From assembly GCA_977030845.1 (NCBI GenBank), contig OZ365113.1:37572001-37636000 (forward strand): a stretch of 64,000 bases of DNA, given 5' to 3'. This DNA comes from Fimbriosthenelais zetlandica. Lineage: Eukaryota. Made by a program: the position numbers and the translations under genes. Below the pieces are notes generated by a model, which was not told where the DNA came from, ran no database searches, and saw only the letters and a list, made by a program, of their open reading frames with translations. Shown piece by piece: positions 1 through 18,300 of this stretch (position 1 is its first letter; each line of letters starts with the position of its first letter).

Positions 1-273
1 GGATATAGACCTACACCATCCAGATCACGAGGGGGAACCGGCGCAAGACCAGAAGAAAAACCAAAAACAACACCAAGAAAAACCGGCGGTAGAAAGGGGA
101 GGAAAGTGAAGGAAGAGCCCGTAGCTAAAGTCCCCACCGCGGCTGCTAAAAAACAAGGCGTACAGAAACACACTTCAGATGACGAGAGTGAGCCAGTCAA
201 ACGAGTACAGACCCCAGCTGCTAAAAAACAAGGCTCACGTCCCGCACCCAAAAGTAGAGGTCGCCGGAAGTAA
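1..273 (+). CDS. C-terminal coding fragment of an upstream gene; Lys/Arg/Pro-rich low-complexity tail
   Basis: Frame 1 is open from base 1 to TAA at 271-273: GYRPTPSRSRGGTGARPEEKPKTTPRKTGGRKGRKVKEEPVAKVPTAAAKKQG...PAAKKQGSRPAPKSRGRRK*. The AAKKQG motif (gctgctaaaaaacaaggc) occurs twice. The gene start lies outside the window and the product is not identifiable. Confidence 0.55.
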   Translation, partial: GYRPTPSRSRGGTGARPEEKPKTTPRKTGGRKGRKVKEEPVAKVPTAAAKKQGVQKHTSDDESEPVKRVQTPAAKKQGSRPAPKSRGRRK

Positions 274-2428
274 GCCTAAAAAGGTGCACGACAGTTTTTT
301 TTTCACACAAGTACAACCACAGATGTTCAACGATTCACAGCACGCAGCAAGATGCCAAGATTATTACTACCCAATATGAGAAAAGATCCAACCAGTAATG
401 AAATACTGGTTACTATCTGATCGGCTACCTGAATTCAAGTATCCAATGGGAAAATTGGGATCTGTCGTTTACTGGTAGATACGGTGGAATATCAGATATA
501 AAAGCTGCTAAACTAAAGGACAAAACCCCAAAATCTGGACATTTCATTTATGTACAGAATCCTACATTTGTTGAGGAATATTTTCCACTTCCATTTTATC
601 CAACTTTCACAATTCATTGCTGGTTTTATATTTTAGAGACTGTTGCTTTTCATATATATAGCTATATGGAGATATATTATATAGAGATTTAGGTTTTTTT
701 GACAGGGTATATATGTAGCTTGTAGCCCTGGTATTATTTTTGTTTTTACTATGTGTCGCACAGTGATGTTTCGTCTTCCTGTCTACATGTCACTGTTTGT
801 TAGTTTATTGTGTGCATCTGTGGTCGAGATATCTTTTTTATTTCAACTCAGATATAATTAATGAAGCCATATTTATTTGATTTTATTATCATTTCATTGT
901 CAGACGAAATGATGGCAGTTGCATCTTGTATATTTCGATACTCACGAATTTTAGGCTAAAATAGGTTGAAAAACTCATGAGAATATTTAGTTGGTTTGTA
1001 GGAATATAATTCCTACAAACCAATTCGTTTTGTAAAATTATGTTTGGGTCAGGATTTGAATCCTACTTAAAAGGTTATTGGTTAATGATTTCATGTGTGG
1101 AAAAACATGATTATAAAAGTATACATGTATACCTTGAATAGTTAGCAGTATACATTGAGATTGCTTATTTGAGTAGGTTATTCAATGAAAAGGAAAATTG
1201 TGTGTCCTTTTGAAAAGGATTATAACAAATATAACCCCTATTCCTAGAAGGAAGATAAATGAATCAATGATCATATTTGTAATCAGTGGAACTAGTAGAA
1301 GTCCCTCCATGTGTGGTTGCGTTTTTTCTGTGAGGAACATAATCATTGAATAAATTAGAAATGTTATATGAGAAATCATGTTATGTGAGCCAAAAGTACT
1401 TGTAATATGTACTCGAAATGTGTACTCAAACAATGATCATGGAGAACACCCCTCTGTAGGGAGATTTTCTATTTGTTAAAGTACCCGAATTATGCATTGA
1501 ACCATTGGGCTTTTACCAACGAAAGTATTAGGCGAGTGTGTCAGCTCAACAATGATACGACCAATGGTTTGAAATCAAATAAATTTGGCGATTTTCATCG
1601 GAATGATAGGCAGCATTACTCAATAGCGGGAACATGTACATATTATCGTCTTTATCAACTGTTTTAGTCTCCCATTCTTCTTACTGTAATTCTGTTAGAA
1701 ATTCTCAGCAAGCATACTAGTGAAGAATTTGTCTAACACCAAGTATAATGTAGAATTAATTTTTATTGAAATGGGCATGTTGTCTACCAAAATTAAGGAT
1801 CAATTTATCATGTGTACAAACGTAAGTGGTACTGGAAATTACCTCCACAGTGGTCTAATATGGTTGGAAAATGGTTGAATGTTTATGCGGTATAATATCG
1901 AATCCACAAAATGATTTATTTTTAGAGATATCTGCTATGGCAATTTGTTATGAATTACAATCAATGCACAAAGCACTCGATTTATACGTTTATACAATTT
2001 ATTTACGTACTCCTAGAAAAGATAACCAACGACTTCTTCAAAACCCCCTGTCTTGAATTCTGTAGCGTTCTATTCTGTTTTGAAGTTCTCTAATTGGCCC
2101 AAACGTTTCCCTTTCTGTCATATTTCTATTCCGTTTTTGGTTCAGTTTTTGGGACTGTATATTGATGCTCTCTTGTTAATTTCGACATAATGAATACTGA
2201 ACCTTACAGCACTAAATGAAGCCATCCCCCTTCCTCTTACATTAAGGATTCGTAGATATTGTTTCTATATTAGTTATGTCTTGTATCTTGTACATGTTGG
2301 CATTGATATAAAAATTAAACGTCTGACTGAATCCTCCTCACTCTTGCTTTGTCTCTCAAACAATTGATTTCCCTGACTGTTGCTCCAATGTGAATACCCG
2401 ATCATCGGATGCACATTACCCACGAGAG

Positions 2429-4675
<2,247 letters not shown>

Positions 4676-6014
4676 CTAACTGGGTCATCCTAACTAGGTC
4701 AGGGAATGCAAGTAGTATAGGAAGATGGGCTGTAGGCACTGGCTACTCCCAGAGAAGCCTGTTGTCAGAATCCCATTTTAATTAATTAATTTACCAGTAT
4801 TCTTTTTGAAGGGGATTTGCTTTGTTCTGAACTTTGTTATGATTGAATGACTACACATAGTGACATTTATAAACATAAAAGTCGAATATTTGCCATAATT
4901 TTATTTGTCATTTTCGACCCATATTTTTCAGTTTATCCACATTTCAGTCCATAAAAATCATTATCCAATAAATTGAGAAAATCACTATGCTGGTTTAACA
5001 AAAATGCGAGCAAATTGTAGCAGTAATCTCTAGATTAATTATATTACCCGCTCATATAAAAATCACAAAAAGGCAAACAAATAAAACCTAGTCCTACCAG
5101 CATATCTCTAGTGGGATGCACACAATCCAGACCTGGTCATTATTTAAATCTACCTGTAATTTATAAAGACAATTAAGTTATTTATCAGATTGGCCTAAAA
5201 CCAGACATTGATAATTTATGAAAACTAGCCTCAGGAACTGGACGGATAGGCCTTTGCTTTTTTCAAATAGGTCCATACCGGTACCTCATTAGGCTACATA
5301 GACCTGTTCATGTAGCCTATACATAGGCCTACACAAGTGAAATTTTCAATAGATCTCCTTCTAATTAACAGTCACACTGCATAGATATGTAAATGGGATA
5401 AGTTCCTGAACACAAGCACAGCCTGTTGTAACCTAGGCCTAGAGTAGACTACAACAACGTATCGGTCAATATAATGAATGAAAATTTAAAATAATACATA
5501 TTGCTCAAGTCGTAACAAGCAACATCTGATCTATTTACATTCATAATTATTTATCCATAATAGAGAAAAATCCCCAAAACTTTATGGTCTGAAATGTGCA
5601 AAAAGATATTTTTACCTATAATTGACCCTGGGTAATACTAATTGATTTACCGTCACCACGATTTCTCTTTTATAATAGCAGCAATGTGTACTACTTGCAC
5701 CAAAGTTATCATAACAAATAATAGCAATAATACTTTATCAAGTCTCAGCAGACAACTAGACTTTGTTTAAGCCATCTTTTTCATTGCATGACAGAAATAA
5801 TATAGACCTATATCTATTTTTTTCATTTTGGCTTTCTATCACCTTAATATTTCGTAACAGATTTTTTTTCTATCAGATTAATTTTTCGTAACAATCTTCC
5901 CCAGGCCTAATAACATTGTCATGAGAGAAGTTATGTTGTAATAAATGACATAATAGAGAGTAATAAATTGAGATATAAAGATGGGGAGCGGGGGGTTGAG
6001 TAGTGGTAGGTAGG

Positions 6015-10236
<4,222 letters not shown>

Positions 10237-10590
10237 CGTGAAAGAAATGTATATTTATGTCGAACCCAAGTTTGTTTTGGACCTTATACCTGCGGTGTCG
10301 CAGAAATATGAGCTGACAAAACCTTTTCTCTAAAAGTGAAATGCTTCTCTAACTGAGGCTCTTTCTTAAAATCCCTAGTTCTATATGAAGTATAAATTGA
10401 ATGGCATCCTTTTGATGTATTTTCGTCTTGGAAATCTCCTGAAAGTGAATCTTTTCTTGTTTATGTTTGTCGGAACATTTTCAGCGTGACACTATGTACA
10501 CTTCCGGTGTGTCAAGTTCATATCGAGCAGAAGGATAACAGTGGTGAACAGGGGGAAGTGTCTCTGGTGCTCCTGCTGATTTGATTGGTA
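10237..10590. promoter_or_regulatory. Putative bidirectional promoter for DECR1 (-) and PDPR (+), with a probable non-coding PDPR first exon
   Basis: The DECR1 ATG at 10236 faces away from PDPR. An ETS/GABP-type ACTTCCGG lies at 10500-10507. A plausible + strand donor (ttg/gtaata) is at 10588. The TSS cannot be seen from sequence. Confidence 0.45.
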
Positions 10591-10774
10591 ATATACAATT
10601 ATCTTTATGTCTGTATGATTCTCTATTTGTTAATAATTATTAAAATTTATAGGCGGAGCTGTCATCGGGGTTTATTTTGTATTAATCATGCAGTTACAAC
10701 TGACACTGTCATGACTGTCTGTGTGACAGTGTGAGTGACTCACTGAGGCTGAGCTGAGAGCCTGAGTGAGGGGT

Positions 10775-10830
10775 CCCCCCCCCCCCCCCCCCCCCCCCCC
10801 CCTTTTTTTTTTTTTCTTTTTTTTTTATAG
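10775..10830 (+). repeat. Homopolymer run C28-T13-C-T10-ATAG
   Basis: Counted directly from lines 10741-10801. The run ends in AG, so it resembles an extreme polypyrimidine tract plus acceptor. Confidence 0.9.
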
Positions 10831-12353
10831 CTCGACCCTGCTGGGACAGGGGAATGGAAAGACACAAAATCTGTCCAGATCGTCTTTTTATCCAGATCGA
10901 CCCTTTAGGCTTTACCAAATAGCCTGTAGTGTAGACATTGTCAATCAATGAATCATTAATTAACTTTATTAATTATTTATCAAAATTTGGCGCAATAGAT
11001 TTTGTTATCGGCAAATTTATTGCCTTGGCTTTCTCTATACATCATGACATTCATGTCATTGTGCGATACGGGTCTGGGGTTCAGAATTTTGGCTGATCGC
11101 CAAAAAGTTTGGATTTGACTTTTGAGTTTTTCTTCACGTCATGCTCCACATGATTTGACATCAGTGATAAAGAGTGAGAACCCGGGTGCACTGAGTCGTC
11201 ACTCGTGTAGTCAGGACATACCAGGCAACAGCTTCCAGATACCCTTATTATTAACCTAGATTCACCAGAGGATTTACATCTATAGCTGGAGGTGTGTTAA
11301 AATTCTTCATTTTCTCATGGATGTTTGTTACCATTTTTTTATATCGATTAAGTTGGGTTTTTTTGGGGGTTTAAAAAAAATTAATTTGCAGGATTGTGTC
11401 ATTTATGTATTTAGGGACGGATGAATTTCTCAGCTTTTCCTTTTCTTTTCTGTTAAATTCTAATGGGGGCGTGGTCCCGAAAATGTGTATCAATGATACT
11501 ATCATTAATTATAGGCCTAAATCAATATGGACATACCGGTACTGACATCGATATAATATATTATAGGCTCACTTTTATTATTTAGATAATATATTGCTTG
11601 GGTCTAAATTCACTGTAAAGTGTACAGCTTAAAGTGGTTTATATTGTTTAAGATTTAGTATATCAAGTGATTATAGGCCTACATGTAGCCTGCATTAAGA
11701 CTACTGACTCCTCTGCTGAGTGGGTAGGGCTCCGAGGACGAATATTTTGCCGACTTATTATGGAACAAAAGAAGATCAATAGAATAAGATTAAATACCTT
11801 AATTCTTTCGCCAGGTGCCCTTTCTGACAACAAACGTCATATAAAATCAATAGCCTGCCTATTGTGAAACATCTGGATCCTTATTGATTCATTTGTCCTC
11901 CCCTGATCCTAGATAACAAGGTACAATGCGGGACATGGACATATATCTGAAGATTGTCAACACCTCATATTGGTCTTATAGGAATCCAAGTACCTGGACT
12001 CAAGTTTGATTTTAAATTACAAGCAAATTCTTACATATGGGAAAATAGGATAGTTATACTTATAGCAAGGATCAAATAAGCATATTTGGACACCTCCACT
12101 GACCAGCCTTTCCTTGGACATTTTAAAGTCATTTAATTTTAATAATTATATTTACTCCTTATTTATAATCTTATAACTCATAATTTCTGTCTCTGTGATC
12201 TCATGTGTTTTTTGTGCTTTTATATAATATATTTTTTTATTTGTAGGTGAAATATGGATCTATGTCATCCGGATTGAAGTCTTAAATTGAATTGAATTTG
12301 ATTATTTGCAGATCTTCATGTCAGACTCCAGGCGTTCCTTCCTCCAGTAAATC

Positions 12354-15300
12354 ATGCTCATTCAGGGTGTCCGTCAGTTGGTGGGTAGAAGGGCTGTCAG
12401 TAGACTTCTCTTCTCCCGCTACCTCCGTCCTACCGCGGCCTGCTGCTCACAGCGACTCCTGAGCAGCGATGCTGACAAAGTTCCTCCTGATGCGAAAGTG
12501 AGTCAAAAATTGCAATCTTCATTTTTTAAATGAGGTTCAGGTTTATTTTTATGTTAAGTATATTCATCCGAGTATTCAGGTAATTCTAATAGATTTTTTG
12601 TTGGTATATTCAATCCTTCAAATATATATCCTGATAGTTTGGTCTTTCATTCTTTAAAACAAAAGTAGAAAAACTTACAAACTTCCAACAGCTAGAATGA
12701 TTTGTTCTTAAAATTAAACCTATGCAGATATTTTTGTCTTTCATTTATCAAAGATATCCAACCATTTCGAAGAAGTGATTTTTTAATTTTCATAATTTTT
12801 TTTTGAAGTAAAGAAATGCAATTAGTTGACTGTTGGTCTTGTTTGCTGTGAAGGTTGTGATCTGTGGGGGAGGAGTGGTCGGCACCTCCGTGGCTTACCA
12901 TCTGGCTGAACATGGATGGAAAGACATTGTCCTGTTCGAACAAGGAAGGTAAAGTACTTTACTAGACTGTTTCCGACACGATATATTAAAATTATACCTC
13001 TTATTCTGAATAGAAATAAAGTGAGGAATTAAAACTATTATTGATGTAATATAGTAGAAATATATAGCTTAATACTAGCTTAGGAAAATGTCTTTTTAAA
13101 GTTAAACTTGAACGTATGATTTTGATCCTATTCACTTAGTTTGAAGGTTGTATTAAATCTTGAAAATGTATTAGATTGCTCCAGAAATCACTTGTACTTA
13201 TTAGAAAAAATACAAGTTTGTGTAAGATATATATTCCTAGTTAAATAGATAATTTAGCATATGGTTTCCTTACACAATTTTTAGTATTTGCTGATTTGTT
13301 TTTCCAAATAAATTTTTGAGCTAAATATGACAGAATTCCCACACGTGATTTCAGTTTATCTTGCGGAACCACATGGCACGCCGCTGGCTTGCTCGGTTCA
13401 TTGAAAAGTTCCAACACGGAGATAGAAATGGCACTTTATGGCCAGCGCTTCTACAAGGGTCTAGAGGCTGAGGGCATTGGCACAGGTCAACCAATGTTGA
13501 TATCACCCGCTTAAATCACCTCATAGCATTCTACAATACAACCTCTATCAGAAATCAATATATGCTGATCAAAATCCACAATCAAATACTTATATGCTAC
13601 TCAAAACCTTTAGAGTACCTACTCAAAAACCTACTCTATAACCTACTCAAAATTTTTAAAGCAATAGGAGATCCTATAAAAATTAGTTTCAATCTTGCTA
13701 AAACGCATCTTCAGTCAAGATTTTATGCTGATAAATAGCCTATCTCTAAATATTTTTCTCCAGTTGTGTTGGTTCAGGTTGTATTTGAATGCCATTTTTG
13801 TAGCATGTATGGGTACTGAAGATCCTTCTGAACATTCCTCACCTGCTTTTGTCCACAGAATGGCAATCAGTTCCGTAGTCTTTTTAACAGGGTTCCCACG
13901 GTTTTGGAAAATCTTGGGGAAAAAATGGTGGTTATAGAATCATGTCAATTTTAACATAAGTAATGGAAAGCCTTTGATAATTTATGGAAAATCATCATTA
14001 TGTAGGCCTAGTGTGGCTACTTATAATATAGTACACTAATGTGGATAAGGTGGGCAAAAAGATATAGTTGTGTATATATACTACAAAAACCTTTGCTCCC
14101 AAACCCCGCGAAAAAAAAATGATCAAAATTGAAGTTTGAAGTCATGGAAAAGTTATGAGATTGGATTTACAGTTTCCGTGGGAACACCGTTTTTCACCAT
14201 ATCTTATCGTACCCGCTTTTAGTTTATTTGAGTTCAACATTCATTACATTTCAATGTGAAGGTAATTTTTCAGCATGATAAATGTAGTCTATGCAGGTGG
14301 ATGGTGCAGGCCCGCACTTTCAGCCTACACAAAAAAATCATTATCAGAATGTTTATATATATTTTGACTCACTGGAGTGCAATTGATTCAGAAGCACATC
14401 TGCTTTTATTAATTTATGTCAATTAATTTTATGTCCCCATATATTAGCATGGTTCTTTTCTCCGAGCATTGCCTAGACAGTGAAAACTTGATTTATGTTT
14501 CAGAAACAAGTAGCAAGCCTATTAGGCTTAGTGAAGGATCGCTTTCTTTTGTTTAAGTCCTTAGTTGATCTTTGTTGATAGTGCTGTATAGACTAGGCAT
14601 CTCTCACACAAGAATAGAAGGCCTTCTGAGTGTAGCGAACCAAAGACCCAAATTAGATTTACCCAATAGTTCCTTTATTTTATCATTATTTTTTCATCAT
14701 TTTTTCCTTTCCTTCAGACGGTGGATTTCTTTCCTCCAGATTCGAATTACTGTCATATTTAATGATTTTCCAAATATTTTATTGTTTTAATTTGAAATTT
14801 TGAAAAAACGCACCGGGAATTTATTACCTGAAAAGGAGAAAGGAGGGGTGGGTTTCTTTAAAAATAAAAGTCAAGAACAAATATGAAATGGAATCTGTGT
14901 CTGATTGTGAATGCCAGACTCCCTGCTTGTATGTCGTTTCTAGTATAAGTGGTGGTTCCACGTGGAGTGGTGCTGGCCTAGTCTCCTCCCTCTCTACCCA
15001 CCCTGCTGAGATTGAGATGGTCTTACATGCACAACATCTCTATAGACAATGGCAAAATGAAAATGGATATAGTACAGGTGATCTATCCTGTCACATTCTT
15101 AAAACAAATTGATATCCTTAAGTTTTTGCTATTTTCTATGCAGTAAAACCTCTATTAGTGAACACTTCTAATTCTGGAAAACCTCCCTAGACTATAATTA
15201 TACAGGAACACTTTACCCCCTTCTTAGTGTTTACTACACAGACGTTTTACTGTATTAGGTTTCAGTGTTTCAGTGCAGTGGTTTCGGTGCTGATAATTGC

Positions 15301-18300
15301 TTGTTTTGCTTTGATTTCCCTAATCAAAATCACCGCTTGTCCGCACTGTGTAATCCTTGTTGGGCTGGTCGTGAATGTATTTGTTTGCTGACTGTATGTC
15401 TGTTGAACATTCACTCATTGAAATATTTAGCTTCTCTTCATTCATCGCTTTGTTACTGAATGCAATGTTATTGTTAACCAGTTTTGCTTTCATGAGGGCG
15501 TCCTCATAAAAGGGATATGAAACACATTAAATGGGTTTTATTTGGAGTCTGCCATCAGAACTGTACACTGTTAAAATTTGGTGTCCATTTTATATGCAAT
15601 ATCCTAAGGGAAATATCAGGAAAACCACTGCTAGGAACTTTACTCTGATGGCTGCCATTATTTTAAAAATCAGATCAGAAAGTGACGTACCACTGGGGCA
15701 AATCATCAGGTTTCTAAGCTCAGAATAACTATACTTGGTGTGTCATATCCCTTTAATTAAATACAAAAGAGATTTCTTCATAATATATATCACTCACTCT
15801 GTTAATATGCACTGAATTTCAGTATTATTTCCTAAAAGATGTTCCTGAAAATTTCAATTAGTGATAAGAAAGTAACTTTAAAAATATTTCTTGATTCTTA
15901 TTCTTCGCCTGCAGTAGAGTCCTGTCTGACATATATATTTTTCTTCTATAGGATGGAAGGAATGTGGTTCACTTTTTCTGGCCCGTACCGTAGACCGTCT
16001 GATACTCTACAAAAGACAGCTCATAACTGCCCAGTAAGTTATTACCTTAATTATCGAATTTATCTTCAAGGTGATTAAGTTATTATTTTCCCTATAACGA
16101 TGAAGTTTAATTAAGTGGCTTTAAATAGATTACAGGTATTTTATAAATCATTATTTAATTCTAAATTTAATATTTTTCGGTATGTACTTTTGGTTTTCTC
16201 ATTGTTGTATCTGTATAGACTATAGTAAGGGTTGATGGTGAATATCTCCTTGTTTCAGACGATTTGGTGTTGAAGGGGTAGTCCTTTCTCCTAGAGAAAT
16301 AGCTGATCGCTATCCTCAACTTCATACTGATGACTTAGTGGTAGGTATAGATGAATACTGACTGACTCTATGACTCAGTGACTCAATCAATGACTCAGTC
16401 ACCCAATCAATGATTCAATCACTAAATGAGTTATTCTCTATTTCAGGGAGGTGTACATATACCTAACGATGGTGTTGTTAATCCAACTGATGTAACTATG
16501 GCAATGGCTAAGAAGGCCAAAGAAAAAGGTAAAATATTATAATAATTTATAGTTCATCACTAATAGAGAAATGAGAATTTGAATTAGTACAATAATTGGT
16601 TTATGAGTTATTTTCTGTTGTAAAATTGGAATTTTATTATTCTGGATTACATATTTTGTTTTATGTGGGTTAAATTTCAGGCGTTCACATCATGGAGAAC
16701 ACACAAGTAAAGCGAGTTCTGACTAGAAACAATAAAGTGCATGGTGTGGAAACCGACAAGGGCCTCATAGAGTGCCAGTATTTCGTCAACTGTGCTGGAA
16801 TGGTAGGTAGAAATATGTAACTTTTGGTATTACATTTCTGCCTGAATAGTTGTTTGTTTCCTCTTATCTTAATTTTTATTTTTTCATTCCCCATGCTTGA
16901 AAAATATAATAAAAGTTTGTTGGTGATATTACAGTGGGCTAGAGAGCTTGGTCAACAGAGTGAACCAAGGGTAAGAGTACCACTCCACCCCTGTGAACAT
17001 TTCTATATCGTCACAAAACCCATCGAAGGCATCGATAGAATGTTCCCTGGTCAGTATTTCTTGAATTTTAACGTCACATTTTTCATCTGCCATCTTAAAT
17101 TTAAAATCAAGTTTTGTAGTATGTAAAATAAATAAGGAAACATCTACAAGTGTGACTCATATATATGTCCATTCAAATATATTAACATATCAAGTCATTA
17201 CATCTTTTTCCTGTAAATAATAACCTAAATCTAATTATTTTCTAATAATTTTTTTTAACTTGTTGAACTTTTTTTTCCAGTTGTCAGGGACTACGATGGC
17301 TATGTATATATCCGTGAGTGGAGTGGAGGGTTACTGGGTGGAGGATTTGAGCCTAAAGCTAAACCTGTCTTCCATAAGGGCATTCCTGACAAATTCCAGT
17401 TCCAACTCCTCCCAGAGGACTGGGATCACTTCCGTATGTATAACTTAAACTAGCACTCCACTGCTGCGATTTTGCTTACGAAACTACTGCAATGGTTGTG
17501 TCGAAAAGAGCAATGTATACCAGTGGAGGACGGCCTTAAGGCCTTGGACACTTTGAACACAATTTATAAATTCCATTGCGAAGCAATCATCACCTTTGTC
17601 GCAGTAATGCCCCAAGCAAAATCGCAACAGTGGAGCACTCTCTTTATTCTGAATTTTGCCATTATGATCCAGTATAAACTCACTGAACTTTAAATAAGGA
17701 CATGGAGAAATATTGCAAATAAGTCTTTAAAAAGTCATTAAAATTTACTCAAAAATACTGAATGGAGAGGGAGGTGAAACATTAGTAGTAGATTTGTTGT
17801 TCACTTTTCTTTCAGATATAATGTTGGACCAGCTGCTCCATAGAATACCCGCACTAGAACACGCTGAAGTGAGACAACTGGTCAATGGTGCTGAAAGTTT
17901 TACTCCTGATGGCAAATTTATTATTGGTGAAGCCCCCGAGGTAGGTCCTTTATTTAGTTTTATCAATTTGTAATGCTCACGTATATACCCATAAAAAATC
18001 CAAAAAATCGACCAATTTTTTTACTTTGAAGTTTTTACCAAATTTTATTCATGAGATATTGACTGATTATCTATTAGAGTCTGAATATTTGTGAACTCAG
18101 AAGTAAAAAAAAAATTATTGGATGTGGGGTGGTTTATTTCAGGTGGATAATTATTATTTAGTCGCTGGTATGAATGGTCACGGTATTACACTTGGTCCGG
18201 GGGTGGGGTTCTGTCTGTCACAGTTCATGACCAAGCGGGATCCTGACATAAACCCATTCATGTACGACGTGAGAAGGTTCACTCCACTCCACAACAATCG

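Noticed and set aside
15952-16528. Three consecutive PDPR exons of exactly 82 nt as an internal triplication
   Set aside because: The encoded peptides are unrelated and correspond to successive parts of the known fold; the equal length is coincidental.
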